Positions 42,546 to 53,490 of a stretch of DNA of 64,000 bases are shown here, one piece after another. The first letter of the stretch is position 1; each line of letters opens with the position of its first letter. Source of the stretch: an uncultured delta proteobacterium (GTDB lineage Bacteria > Desulfobacterota > Syntrophia > Syntrophales > UBA2192); contig CAVPJD010000031.1 of assembly GCA_963705165.1 (NCBI GenBank), positions 1 through 64,000 of the forward strand, written 5' to 3'. The position numbers and the translations under genes were made by a program. The notes beneath the pieces are model-generated. The model had not been told where the DNA came from. It saw nothing but the letters and a program-made list of their open reading frames with translations, and did not search any database.

Positions 42546-43337
42546 TTATCTCCAGGTTCGGATGTTGCCGCCGAAACCCAGGACAGCGGATATCTTCCCT
42601 GCCGTCTCCAGGAGGCGCGGCAGATGGTTCTCGAGCATGTCCTCAAGACTGACCGCCTGGCTGATGAAGGACATGTTCAGGGAGGCTTCCACTTCGCCCT
42701 GATCATTGAATATGGGCGTGCCGATGGCCCGGAGCCCCGGGATCCATTCGCCGTCGTTGGACGCATATCCCTTGGCCCGGACCTCCTCCAGGATCGAGTC
42801 GAGCTTTTCGCCACGCCTGCCGATGAACTTCACGGCGTCCTTGTCCTTGAGCAGACCCGTAAGGAGTTGATCGTAGTTGTCGCGGGACAGAAAAGCGATC
42901 AAGGCCCTCCCTGCGGCCGTCTGGTAGCAGTTCAAGCGGCTTCCCACATACAGATGGGTGTTGAGGATCCTCCGGACGGTGATCCGTTCGATGAAGAGCA
43001 TCTCCGTGCGATCGAGAACGGCCAGGCCTACATTCTGATCCGTCTCCTTGGAAAGGGCCTCCATGTAGGGGAACGCGGTTTGACGCAGATCCATCCCCGA
43101 CAGAACGGAGAAACCCAGCGCCATGACCCGCGGCGCCAGGGCATAGGCTTTCGTGTTGGGATCCAGCGTTACGTAATTCATCGTCAAGAGCGTTTTGAGA
43201 AACCGGTGCACCGTCGTCTTGGGCAAGCCGGTCCTGGCGGACAGGTCCTGAAGGTTCAGATGAGGCTCGCTGGGGGTAAACGTTTCGAGGATCGCGAGCC
43301 CCCGGACCAGGGAGTTGACACGTTTCGGTTGGGCCAT
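42546..43337 (-). CDS. IclR-family transcriptional regulator
   Basis: SLVRGLAILE, GLPKTTVHRFL HTH, TAAGRA, VRAKGYA. Confidence 0.93.
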   Translation of the reverse strand: MAQPKRVNSLVRGLAILETFTPSEPHLNLQDLSARTGLPKTTVHRFLKTLLTMNYVTLDPNTKAYALAPRVMALGFSVLSGMDLRQTAFPYMEALSKETDQNVGLAVLDRTEMLFIERITVRRILNTHLYVGSRLNCYQTAAGRALIAFLSRDNYDQLLTGLLKDKDAVKFIGRRGEKLDSILEEVRAKGYASNDGEWIPGLRAIGTPIFNDQGEVEASLNMSFISQAVSLEDMLENHLPRLLETAGKISAVLGFGGNIRTWR

Positions 43338-43508
43338 TGGCTGTTCCATATAGTGGGAAGAGGTATTGCAAAGTGAAATACCCTTTAGGGCCCTGTCCTG
43401 TCAAGCACAACCTGCCACCTCCCGTCTTGATTTTGCCCGCGTTTCTCCGGTACACTGCGCCCTGCTTCATACGGCCCTGCCGCAATCCCGTCCGCAAAGG
43501 AATCCACC

Positions 43509-44339
43509 ATGACCGAATCCGTTCGCACCCGCTTCAAGGTTTACTCGATCCTTTTCTCGGCCGTCGTGATCGGGGGAACCGCCGGCATCATGGCCGTAGA
43601 GGGCTTCTCGTTCCTGAATGCCTTCTACTTCATGATCGTCACGATGGCCACGGTCGGCTACGGGGACGTGCACCCCGTCACGCCGGCGGGAAAGGTTCTC
43701 ACGATTCTCATCATCATCACCGGTGTCGGCACCTTCGTCGGGGCCATCGCCAACGCAACCGAGTTCATGCTCGTCCGCCGGGACATGCAGGTGCGGATGA
43801 ACAAGCTCAACATGGTCATCGGCGTCTTCTTCAGCGAGGTGGGGCTCCGCCTGCTGGCCATGTTCTCTGCCGCCGACCCCCGCCTGGAGGACATCCGGGG
43901 AAAGCTCATGGTGACGGGGAAATGGACGGACCAGGACTTCAGAAAGGTCAGCGCTGAGATCAGAGCGTATGACTGCACGATCCGAACGGACGCCATGGAT
44001 CTTGCGCAACTGCAGGCCTTCACCCGCCAGAAGCGGGATTTTCTCATCCGGCTCCTGGAAAACCCGATCCTGCTCGAGCACGAGACCTTCACGGATCTGC
44101 TGCGGGCCGTCTTCCATCTGGCCGAGGAGTTGGCCTACCGCACCGATGTCTCGGGTCTGCCTGCCAGCGATCTGGGCCATCTTGCCTTCGACGTCAAGCG
44201 GGCCTATCTGCTCCTGATCTCAGAGTGGCTCGACTACATGGGGCACCTGAAAACCAACTTCCCCTATCTCTTTTCACTCGCCTTGCGGACCAACCCCTTC
44301 GACCGCCAGGCACAGGTCGTGGTGCGGGAAGAGTCGTAA
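43509..44339 (+). CDS. 2-TM potassium-channel-family protein with uncharacterised C-terminal domain
   Basis: TMATVGYGD selectivity filter between two TMs; no RCK motif. Confidence 0.82.
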   Translation: MTESVRTRFKVYSILFSAVVIGGTAGIMAVEGFSFLNAFYFMIVTMATVGYGDVHPVTPAGKVLTILIIITGVGTFVGAIANATEFMLVRRDMQVRMNKLNMVIGVFFSEVGLRLLAMFSAADPRLEDIRGKLMVTGKWTDQDFRKVSAEIRAYDCTIRTDAMDLAQLQAFTRQKRDFLIRLLENPILLEHETFTDLLRAVFHLAEELAYRTDVSGLPASDLGHLAFDVKRAYLLLISEWLDYMGHLKTNFPYLFSLALRTNPFDRQAQVVVREES

Positions 44340-44407
44340 TGATGCACCCTCCCCGCCATGGCTTCGATATGGTATAGCATGGACACTATCACAGGCGGAG
44401 GTACCTG

Positions 44408-46060
44408 ATGGCCCTTCACGAGCTGGCCGGCAAGCCGGCCCCGAAATCCCTGCTCGTCGACATCCCCAGACTCATAGCAGCCTACTACACGAATCACCCC
44501 GACGTGAATCGCGACGCGGAAAAAGTCGCCTTCGGCACCTCGGGCCACAGGGGCTCGTCCTTCAGGAGCAGCTTCAACGAGGACCACATCCTGGCCACCA
44601 CCCAGGCCATCTGCGACTACCGTGCCTCGCAGAGGACCGACGGGCCCCTGTTCCTGGGGGTGGACACCCATGCCCTCTCGGAGCCAAGCTTCGCCACGGC
44701 CCTGGAAGTCCTCGCCGCAAACGGCGTTCACGCCATGATCCAGGCAGGCCGCGGATACACGCCCACACCGGTCATCTCCCACGCGATCCTGACCTGCAAC
44801 CGTGGAAGAAAAACGGGCCTCGCCGACGGCATCGTCATCACCCCGTCCCACAACCCGCCCGAGGATGGCGGATTCAAGTACAACCCGCCCGAGGGCGGGC
44901 CCGCCGACGTGGAGGCAACCCTCTGGATCGAGAACCGCGCCAACGATACCCTGCGCACAAAGCTCTCCGGTGTGAAGAGAACCCCGTTCGAAAAAGCCAT
45001 CAGGGCCGCCACGACTCACGAGCACGACTATATACGTCCCTACGTGGAAGACCTCGCACAGGTCCTGGACATGGAAGCGATCCGGGCCTCGGGCATTCGC
45101 ATCGCCGTCGACCCCATGGGCGGGGCATCGCTTCCCTTCTGGGATCCCGTCGCCTCACGCTACGGCATCAATCTCGACGTGGTCAACCGTGACGTGGACC
45201 CCGCCTTCGGGTTCATGACCGTCGACAAGGACGGGAAGATCCGGATGGATTGCTCGTCGCCTTACGCAATGGCCCGCCTCATCGGACTCAGGAACCGCTA
45301 CGACATCGCCTTCGGTACCGACCCCGACAGCGACCGCCACGGCATCGTGACGCGGAGCGCCGGGCTTATGAACCCCAATCACTACCTGGCTGTCGCCATC
45401 TGGTATCTCTTCCAGAACCGCCCCGGCTGGCGGCGTGATGCGGCCGTGGGCAAGACACTCGTCTCGAGCAGCCTCATCGATCGCGTGGCCGCGCACCTGG
45501 GCAGGAAGCTCTCCGAGGTTCCCGTGGGGTTCAAGTGGTTCGTCGACGGCCTCCTCGACGGCTCCTGCGGCTTCGGCGGCGAGGAAAGCGCAGGGGCTTC
45601 CTTTCTACGGATGGACGGCACCGTTTGGACAACGGACAAGGACGGCCTCATCATGGGGCTGCTTGCCGCCGAGATCACCGCAAAGACGGGGCGCGACCCC
45701 GGGGAACATTACGCCGAGATCGCGGCGCGATTCGGAAGCCCCCTGTACGAGAGGATGGACGTGGCGGCCTCGCCCGAGCAAAAGGCCGTGCTCGAAAAGC
45801 TCTCGCCCGAACAGGTGGGCGCTTCGGAGCTGGCCGGGGAGGCAATTACAGCAACTTTCACCGAGGCGCCCGGAAACGGCATGCCCGTCGGCGGGCTGAA
45901 AGTGGTAACCCGTGACGGCTGGTTCGCCGCCAGGCCCTCGGGAACGGAAAACATCTACAAGGTCTACACGGAAAGCTTCAAAGACAGCGCCCACCTCGCC
46001 CGGATCCAGAAGGAGGCGCAGGCGATCATCGCCGAGGTCTTCCGGAAGGCGGGAGTCTGA
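44408..46060 (+). CDS. pgm: Phosphoglucomutase
   Basis: [32 protein letters not shown]. Confidence 0.96.
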   Translation: MALHELAGKPAPKSLLVDIPRLIAAYYTNHPDVNRDAEKVAFGTSGHRGSSFRSSFNEDHILATTQAICDYRASQRTDGPLFLGVDTHALSEPSFATALEVLAANGVHAMIQAGRGYTPTPVISHAILTCNRGRKTGLADGIVITPSHNPPEDGGFKYNPPEGGPADVEATLWIENRANDTLRTKLSGVKRTPFEKAIRAATTHEHDYIRPYVEDLAQVLDMEAIRASGIRIAVDPMGGASLPFWDPVASRYGINLDVVNRDVDPAFGFMTVDKDGKIRMDCSSPYAMARLIGLRNRYDIAFGTDPDSDRHGIVTRSAGLMNPNHYLAVAIWYLFQNRPGWRRDAAVGKTLVSSSLIDRVAAHLGRKLSEVPVGFKWFVDGLLDGSCGFGGEESAGASFLRMDGTVWTTDKDGLIMGLLAAEITAKTGRDPGEHYAEIAARFGSPLYERMDVAASPEQKAVLEKLSPEQVGASELAGEAITATFTEAPGNGMPVGGLKVVTRDGWFAARPSGTENIYKVYTESFKDSAHLARIQKEAQAIIAEVFRKAGV

Positions 46061-46158
46061 AAGTAAGGGTATCGGGTATCGGGAAGGAAACAGATTTTTT
46101 CTATAAAATTTCTTCGTACCTTCAGCCCCTATACCCTATACCCGTGACCCTAGACCCG

Positions 46159-46196
46159 AAAAAAAGAGGCCCCTGAATCAGGGGCCTCTTTTTTTC
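46159..46196. terminator. Bidirectional intrinsic terminator
   Basis: AAAAAAAGAGGCCCCT-gaatc-AGGGGCCTCTTTTTTT. Confidence 0.85.
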
Positions 46197-46242
46197 GAAA
46201 GCCTCGGCCATCGGCTCTTCGCCTCCGGCCTTCGGGCTCAGT

Positions 46243-47391
46243 TTACGGCTTCGTCACGAAGAACATGGCGTTTCGGTTCTTGGTCCAGCAGGCCTCGGTG
46301 GACTCTTTGCAGACCGGCTTCTCTTCGCCGTTGCTCATCGCCTTGATCCGCTTCGCCTCGACACCCGCTGCCTGCAGCGCCTTGGCGGCCGAGTCGGCTC
46401 TTCTCTGGCCCAGGGCCATGTTGTACTCGTTGGTGCCGCGCTCGTCGGTGTTGCCTTCGATCAGGACGTTATTGGCCTTGTTTGCCTTGAGGTAATCGGC
46501 ATTTTTCTTCACGGCGTCCTTGAACTCGGGCCTCACATTGTACTTATCAAAGTCGAAGTAGATCGTGTCGAGTTGAGCCATGACCCCCGGGGGAAGCACG
46601 GCGGCGGGAATGACAGCGGCTGCCACGGGAGGACCGAGGAAGATTTTTTCCACGAAGCTGGCCATGCCGGCGGCGGTCTCAACATCTTTGCCCTCCACCA
46701 TGAACCCGCACTGGCCGGCCTTCACGACCGTGTCAAGCAGCGTCCTGCCTTCGCCCTTCGGCCAATCGAGGGTAATGCGGTCCGGGCCGATCAAAACGGC
46801 ATAGATGCACACGTTGTCCTTCAGGGCGGCCTTCATCGCCGTAGCCGAGGCAACGGCCTTCGGCATCTCGAGACCGTCGGTGAAGATGATGACGGCCGAC
46901 TTGCCCGCCAGGGGCTTCAGGTCCACCGTGGCGGCATCGAGGGCCAGGTCGAGGGGGCTCTCCACGCCGTAGGTGTTGATCTCGAAGATGGACTTGCCGA
47001 GATCTTCTCTCACCCAGGGGGCCATCCCGTACCAGAGCTTCGTCATGAAGGGCCGCGTCAGCCAGCGCTCGCCAGCGAAATCACGCAGGCCGCCGGTGAG
47101 TTTCATGTTGGGGATCGTATCGTTGAACAGCCTCGCCAGATGCTGCTGGTACTCGATCTTCGTGGTATTCATCGGGGTGGGATAACCGGCATGGGACCAC
47201 TTGTAGGGCTCCTCCATGGACGCCGAGGTGTCCAGGATCATCTGGAAGTTGTTCGTCTTCTGGACCAGCGCGCCGGATTTCAGTTTCGGGTTGAGGTCCT
47301 GTGCGGGGATCGGTGTGATCACCGATGCGCAGCCGCCCAGCAGGGCCAAGCTCAGTACGACAACCAGCAACTTGATCATATTTCTGACCAT
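46243..47391 (-). CDS. Lipoprotein with vWA-like domain and Pal/OmpA peptidoglycan-binding domain
   Basis: Lipobox LGGC, DTSAS (DxSxS), FTDG, YFDFDK..IEGNTDERGTNEYNMALGQRRA. Confidence 0.85.
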   Translation of the reverse strand: MVRNMIKLLVVVLSLALLGGCASVITPIPAQDLNPKLKSGALVQKTNNFQMILDTSASMEEPYKWSHAGYPTPMNTTKIEYQQHLARLFNDTIPNMKLTGGLRDFAGERWLTRPFMTKLWYGMAPWVREDLGKSIFEINTYGVESPLDLALDAATVDLKPLAGKSAVIIFTDGLEMPKAVASATAMKAALKDNVCIYAVLIGPDRITLDWPKGEGRTLLDTVVKAGQCGFMVEGKDVETAAGMASFVEKIFLGPPVAAAVIPAAVLPPGVMAQLDTIYFDFDKYNVRPEFKDAVKKNADYLKANKANNVLIEGNTDERGTNEYNMALGQRRADSAAKALQAAGVEAKRIKAMSNGEEKPVCKESTEACWTKNRNAMFFVTKP

Positions 47392-47773
47392 ACGTAACCC
47401 TCCTTGTGGATGAATTGATTCCTTTTGTTTGACATGGTTCAGACGGATTCGTCGAGCCGGATGACGCGATGACAGCTACGATTCACAAGATTCATGATGA
47501 GTTGTAAAACTGCATCGGTCTATGTACTCGACCAGCGGAAATGAAATACAGGAATTATGAAACATCCCTTGGAGAGTGTTTCCCCCGCTCTCCCCCCTTG
47601 AATTGCTTGTGAATATATAAAAATTCTGCGGGAAATTCAATCATTAAAATGCCCGTGGGGCAAAAAAAGTGTGACGTCGCCGTGAACGTCTATTTTGTGG
47701 ATATTCTTCGCCCTTTCTGCAAAAATAGCCATTGAGGTTATTCATCGAATCACAGGGAAGGAGGATGAACGGC

Positions 47774-48349
47774 ATGAAAGTGATCGCATTCAACGGCAGC
47801 GCCCGCAAGGACGGCAACACGGCCATCCTGCTCAACACGGTCCTCGAGGAGATCAAAAAAGAAGGCATCGAGACCGAGCTCTACCAGCTTGCGGGAAAAA
47901 AGATCCAGGGCTGCATTGCCTGCTACAAGTGCATGAAGAACAAAGACAAGCGCTGCGCTGTGACGAAGGACATCGTGAACGAATGTATTGAAAAAATGAT
48001 CGAGGCCGACGGGATCCTCCTCGGCTCGCCCACCTACTTTGCCGATGTGTCGGCGGGAACGAGGGCCCTCATCGAGCGTACCGGCTACGTGGCCCGGGCC
48101 AACGATTACATGTTCAAGCGCAAGGTGGGCGCAGGCGTCATCGCCGTGAGGCGGGGCGGGGCGATTCACGCATTCAATTCGCTCAACCTCTTCCTGTTCT
48201 ACCAGCAGATCATCAACCCGGGTTCCAGCTACTGGGCCTTCGCCATCGGGCGCGACCCCGGTGAGGTGCTCAACGACGCCGAGGGCATGCAGACCATGAA
48301 GACCCTGGGGGAAAACCTGGCCTGGCTGCTGAAAAAGGTTCGCAGCTGA
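47774..48349 (+). CDS. Iron-sulfur flavoprotein / flavodoxin-family protein
   Basis: GSARKDGNT, CIACYKC..C cluster motif, GSPTYF. Confidence 0.88.
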   Translation: MKVIAFNGSARKDGNTAILLNTVLEEIKKEGIETELYQLAGKKIQGCIACYKCMKNKDKRCAVTKDIVNECIEKMIEADGILLGSPTYFADVSAGTRALIERTGYVARANDYMFKRKVGAGVIAVRRGGAIHAFNSLNLFLFYQQIINPGSSYWAFAIGRDPGEVLNDAEGMQTMKTLGENLAWLLKKVRS

Positions 48350-48445
48350 GAGCAATCGCGCAGATGAAAAAATTCTAAACACGGCATTGAAATCGGCGCC
48401 CGGGGTGTCTATAGTTATTTCATATCAAATAAAGGACACCAAGCC

Positions 48446-48604
48446 ATGTGGACGAAAAAGATTCTTTCACAGCTGCTCATATCGCTGACCCTGCTTACGC
48501 TGATCACCGCCTGCGCGACGACAGGGGATAAGAACCCGCTGCGGTACGAGCCCGAGAACCTGCCTGCCGACCACAGGCCCCCGCCCACGTCGGGTGGTCC
48601 GTAG
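48446..48604 (+). CDS. Small lipoprotein (52 aa), below ORF-track cutoff
   Basis: MWTKKILSQLLISLTLLTLITA|CATTGDKNPLRYEPENLPADHRPPPTSGGP; AAAGGA RBS; TTGAAA-17-TATAGT promoter at 48387-48415. Confidence 0.7.
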   Translation: MWTKKILSQLLISLTLLTLITACATTGDKNPLRYEPENLPADHRPPPTSGGP

Positions 48605-48825
48605 ACAGAACAGAGCGGCAGCGACAGGTCATGGCACATTCCAATCCATCCCACGGATGGGCAAAGGGAAAGTTCTAAATAGTCATCTATTCCTGATGAG
48701 TTGCAACTCATTGGTTGCACAAGTGTTTCCGTGTTGACAACGGCGAAGGCTTCTCATATAACGCACAACGAGCGTGAGAGCCTTCGCTGTTTTTTTTTGC
48801 AGCGAAACCCGATGGAGGTCCGTCA

Positions 48826-49726
48826 TGACGGAAGCGGGAAGCAGCGGCCAGTTCAAGGCCGTCCAGGAACTGATGCACGAGATGGTCGCAATGTGGCAGC
48901 GGGTGAAGGACCTGGAGGAAGCCGACCGGGACAATCGACAGGAAATCGAAGCGCTCCGGGCAAGCGATGCCCGCCTCCGGTGCGTCGTCGAGAAGCTTCC
49001 GCTGCGTTTCTTCTTCAAGGATGCGGGCTGAATTACATCCTGTGCAGTGAGTCCTATGCCCGTGACTGGGAGATGAAGCCGGTCGAGTTGGGCGGAAAGT
49101 CGGACCGGGATCTGTTTTCAGCGGAAGTGGTGGAAAAACTGGCCGCTGTCGAGTACGAGGTGATCCAGACCGGCAAGATGGAGATTGCCGAAGAAGACCG
49201 CCTCGTCGCCGGCCGCGAAATCACGGTCCTGGCGATTCGCAAGCCCATCATCAACGGCACGGGAGACACGCTCGGTCTTCTCTGCGTGCTGTGGGACATC
49301 ACGGAGGACAAGCGGCTCAAGGTCAGCCAGCAGCGCCGGATCCACGAGCTGGAGGGGGCCCTCTCGGAGAGGGTCGGGCAGGTGGAGTCCCTGCGAAATG
49401 AAATGGAAGCCGCATCGGTCCGACACCGGCTGAAGGAGGAGGAGTTCAGCCGTTTGCGCTCCGAGCTCGAGGCAGGGATCACGGCCCTGAAGGAAGAAAT
49501 CCGGGGCACGACGGCGGACTTCGGCCGGCGAGAGGCCGAGTTCACGCGGCTGCGCATCGAACTGGAAACCGATCTCCAGGCTCGGCGCGAGGAGATCCAC
49601 CGCCTGAGAAACGAGTTGCAGAAAGAGATATTCGAGCGTGGCCAGGCCCTGGAGGCCCTGAAGAAATCCGTCGCCCACTCCCAGGAACTGCTCGAGTCCG
49701 TGCAGAAGGTCGCCGTCGCCCGCTAA
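48826..49726 (+). pseudogene. PAS + coiled-coil protein split by a 1-bp frameshift near 49025
   Basis: GGAGG RBS and ATG 48826; frame reads ..LPLRFFFKDAG* and the PAS continues LNYILC.. in the -1 frame; promoter TTGACA-17-TATAAC at 48734-48762. Confidence 0.75.
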
Positions 49727-49874
49727 GAAGGCTGATGAGATCATCAGGAAATCAAAAGGCGGGGCCCGGGGGTCCCGCCTTTTTTCATGGTGCCACGGCA
49801 GCTCTGTGCTATAGAAAAGCGTAAAGAGAATCTCCGAACCCCGTCTCCAAAGGGCCTGAAAGGATGGTGAGATC

Positions 49875-51251
49875 ATGAAAACGGCGAAGCTGCTTTCGAC
49901 GGCGTTGTTGCCGATTGCCCTGATGCTTGCGTCCTGCGTCATCGTGCCGACGAACAGTCACGTCAACCTCTCCGACGCGGATTCAAGGCTTCCGGCACCC
50001 AGCCCGTCTTCGGCCGCCTACATCGCTTCCGTCGATGTCGTCCACGACGTGGACTGGAGGTGCCGCAACCAGTGGAGCGGCAGCCCCCCGGAGCGCTCCA
50101 TCGATCAATGCCGCGCAATTCCGTCCCGGCGCGACCCCAACTTCATCGCCCTGGCTCTTTCGGGCGGGGGGAGCCGCGCCGCCGTCTTCTCTGCCGCCGT
50201 CATGTTCGAGCTTCAGAAGCACGGCATCCTCCAGCAGGTCGACGTCTTATCCTCCGCCTCGGGCGGCTCCGTTTCCGCCGCCCTTTACGCGGTGAGCTGC
50301 GACGACGGGCAGGCCTGCGCGCCCCCCGTCACGCCGAACCTCAACCGGACGGTCTGGAAGGAAAGCCTCGTCTACCCGCTGCTGCAAAGCAACTACATCG
50401 ACCGGTGGCGCATCAACTGCTGGCGGCCCGAAAACATAATCCGCTACGCCACCTACTTCGACCGCACCGACGTGATGGCCGAGACCTTCGCCGAGGGCCT
50501 CTTCGGCGGGACACGGGATACAGAAAAAAGTTTTCTCTTCCGGGATCTCAACCCGAGAAGGCCCTATCTGATCCTCAACTCGACCAACAATACCGACAGC
50601 GCCGCTGTGCCGGAGATCTTCAGCTTCACCGAAAAGGATTTTTCGGCCATCCGCTCCAGGCTGGACCTCTACCCCATCGCTTACGGCGTAACGGGCTCGG
50701 CGGCCTTCCCGGGCGCCTTCCACTACCTGACGCTGCGTAATTACAGCAAGCCGGAAGAGAAATTCATCCACCTCATGGACGGCGGCGTCATGGACAACCT
50801 CGGCATCGAATCGCTGTGGAGGATCCTCCTGAGCGACGACGGCGCCCGTTACCGTAACGTCCCGGTCCTCGTCATCGTCGCCGACGCGAGACCGGCCACC
50901 AAGGCGAAGAGCGAGGCCGACTACGACCCGAGAAGCTTCTGGGATTATTTCGTCGATTTCTCCAACGTCCAGGACACCTACAGCCTGCTGATGGTGGAGA
51001 ACCAGCGACTGAGGGCCCGTGAATTCGAGAAATACGTGAAAAGCAGGGGAAACGGGATGTTCCTCGACCTCAAGTTCGACGCGCTCAAGGAGCAGCACAG
51101 GGACCTCTACGACAAGGTGAGCTCCATCCCGACGAACTTCAAGATCCGCGGCGAGCAGGCGGACAATCTCAAGAAGGCGGCGGAAATCCTCGTCGGCAAG
51201 GCCGTCGAGGAGCTTCGCGGCAACGCCTACTGGAGGGGCATCGTCAACTGA
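49875..51251 (+). CDS. Patatin-like phospholipase, lipoprotein
   Basis: Lipobox LASC, SGGGSRA, SASGGS, DGG. Confidence 0.85.
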   Translation: MKTAKLLSTALLPIALMLASCVIVPTNSHVNLSDADSRLPAPSPSSAAYIASVDVVHDVDWRCRNQWSGSPPERSIDQCRAIPSRRDPNFIALALSGGGSRAAVFSAAVMFELQKHGILQQVDVLSSASGGSVSAALYAVSCDDGQACAPPVTPNLNRTVWKESLVYPLLQSNYIDRWRINCWRPENIIRYATYFDRTDVMAETFAEGLFGGTRDTEKSFLFRDLNPRRPYLILNSTNNTDSAAVPEIFSFTEKDFSAIRSRLDLYPIAYGVTGSAAFPGAFHYLTLRNYSKPEEKFIHLMDGGVMDNLGIESLWRILLSDDGARYRNVPVLVIVADARPATKAKSEADYDPRSFWDYFVDFSNVQDTYSLLMVENQRLRAREFEKYVKSRGNGMFLDLKFDALKEQHRDLYDKVSSIPTNFKIRGEQADNLKKAAEILVGKAVEELRGNAYWRGIVN

Positions 51252-51252
51252 A

Positions 51253-52128
51253 ATGACGTGGTTTCTGCTCTCCCTCACGGCCGCCCTGGGCCTGGCCACG
51301 GCGGATGCCCTGACGAAGCGCTTCTTCAGCGATCTGGCGCCCTACCGCATGGGGGTTGTGCGCATCCTGTCTACGGCCCCCTGGATGGTCCTGGCGCTTC
51401 TCTTCCTGCCCCGGGCCGTTCCGGATCAGACCTTCTGGCTTGCCATCGCCGCGGCGCTCCCCCTTGAGGTTTTCGCCTTTTTTCTCTACATGCGGGCCCT
51501 CAAGCTCTCGCCGCTTTCGCTCTCCCTGCCCTTTCTGGCCTTCACGCCCGTCTTCATGATCCTCACGGGCCGTCTCATCCTGGGCGAGGCGATCACGACG
51601 AGCGGCGTCCTGGGAATCCTCCTGATCGTCCTCGGGGCATACGTCCTCAATCTCTCGAAGATGAAGTCCGGGCTGCTGGGGCCCATCCGGGCTGTATTGC
51701 GCGAGCCGGGCTCCTGGATCATGCTTCTCGTGTCGTTTATCTACTCGATCACGGCGCCCATCGGGAAGGTGGCCATCCTGCATTCCAACCCGTGGTTCTT
51801 CGCCGCCGTCTACAACCTGGTGCTCTCCGTGGTCATCGTCTCGCTCTGGCCCGTGGCTGCAGGCGGTGCGGGGGTGCGCGGCACTTTCAGCAAGCCCGGC
51901 CCCATGCTGCTCATAGGCCTCATGGCCGCCATGGAGAATTTTGCCCACATGATGGCCATCGCGCAGGTCGAGGCAGCCTACATGATCGCCGTCAAGCGCC
52001 TGAGCCTTCTGTTCGGGGTTCTCTACGGGGCGTGGTGGTTCGGGGAAGAAAACATCCGCGAGCGTCTGGCAGGCGCCGCGATCATGATCGCGGGCGTGTT
52101 CCTGATCCGCTGGGCACAGGGGGGGTGA
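51253..52128 (+). CDS. EamA/DMT-family transporter
   Basis: ~10 TMs, LKLSPLSLSLP..FTPVF, AYMIAVKRLS. Confidence 0.88.
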   Translation: MTWFLLSLTAALGLATADALTKRFFSDLAPYRMGVVRILSTAPWMVLALLFLPRAVPDQTFWLAIAAALPLEVFAFFLYMRALKLSPLSLSLPFLAFTPVFMILTGRLILGEAITTSGVLGILLIVLGAYVLNLSKMKSGLLGPIRAVLREPGSWIMLLVSFIYSITAPIGKVAILHSNPWFFAAVYNLVLSVVIVSLWPVAAGGAGVRGTFSKPGPMLLIGLMAAMENFAHMMAIAQVEAAYMIAVKRLSLLFGVLYGAWWFGEENIRERLAGAAIMIAGVFLIRWAQGG

Positions 52129-52339
52129 GCAAAAGGCCCGAGGAGCGAGGTTCGAGGTCTATTTCTGTCCTCGTTTCCAAAACCTTATTTTGAGCCGCCA
52201 GGCAAGCAAATCCATATTCACCAGGGCTTTGTAAAGGCATTACGTCTTAGATGTGATTTCACCTACCTATACGTAACAAAACACTGATTGACAGCTGATT
52301 GGCGCAGGGCCCATCATCTGCCTGTTTTTCTTGTGGATT

Positions 52340-53490
52340 CACAGAAAAAGGAGGCAGAGATGCACGTTTCTGAGTTCAGCCTCAATCAGGCTTCGCTTTT
52401 GTCCGATGGGTTCTTTTCTGTCGATCCAATCGAGAACAGCCCACCTCGGATCGTCCCTTCTTATCCAAGTCACCATACCGAATCGAGCAGCGTCCTGAAG
52501 ACGCTTCAGCGGATTCTGAACCGGCTCGGCAGGATGGGTCTGCCCGGAGCCGATCAGTTCGAAGCATTTCTCCGCCATGTCACCCGCCGGAACCGCAGGC
52601 CCCGTACGCTCTGCAGCCTGTGGCAATCCAACATGCTGTTTCTGTGCATGCTCAAGGATGCGGGCCGGCACGAGTTGGCTGGCATCAGCCGCGCTGACGT
52701 GGAGGCGTTCGTCGAGCGGGAACAGGACCGGGGGATCAAGATCACGACGATCCGGACGCGGCTCGTCTGTGTGTGCGCGTTCCTGCGGTACCTGGCCGAG
52801 GAGAAGGTCGTCTCCCCGGAGATCTTCGTGCGAAGGATCCAGCTGAAGCTGCCCGAGCGGCTGCCGCGGGCGATGGCGCCCGAGGATACGGCCAAGCTGC
52901 TTTCAGTCATTGATAATCCCGAGGACCGGACGATGATCCTGGTCCTGCTTCGGACGGGCCTGCGGATTGGCGAGCTTCTGCACACCAGGGTGACAGACGT
53001 CAACGTCCGGGAGCGCCGCATCGAGATCTACGAGGCGGAGAAGAACCGGCTGGGCCGTGTGGTGTACCTGAGCGAGGATGCGCTTTCGGCGTTGGGGATC
53101 TGGATGAGCAAACGAAACGTCTTGAAGGAGTACCTGTTCTATGGACGTAGTGAGGATGGCCGGATGAGCTACAGCACGGCCCGGGCCCGGTTTGCCGGCT
53201 ATCTCGGGAAGGCGGGGCTTGCAGATCGGGGCTATACGGTCCACACGCTTCGACACACCTTTGCGACGGAGCTTCTCAATGCCGGGATGCGCCTGGAGTG
53301 CCTGCAGGTGCTCCTGGGTCATCGAAGCATCGAGGAGACGCGGCGATATGCCTGCCTTACGGATAAGACACGGGAGGAAGAGTACTTCAGGGCCATGTCT
53401 GTAATCGAGAGGGGAAACGACGATGACGGATGCGATCATCCACTGGCGGCGCTATCTGAAGAGGCGCAACTGCTCGCCCAACACGGTTAA
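52340..53490 (+). CDS. Tyrosine recombinase (Xer-like), first of pair
   Basis: TGLRIGE, EKNR, HTLRHTFAT, LLGH, TRRY; GGAGG RBS before ATG 52340. Confidence 0.92.

Noticed and set aside
49028..49030. In-frame TGA as possible selenocysteine
   Set aside because: The PAS sequence continues in a different frame, so this is a frameshift, not readthrough.
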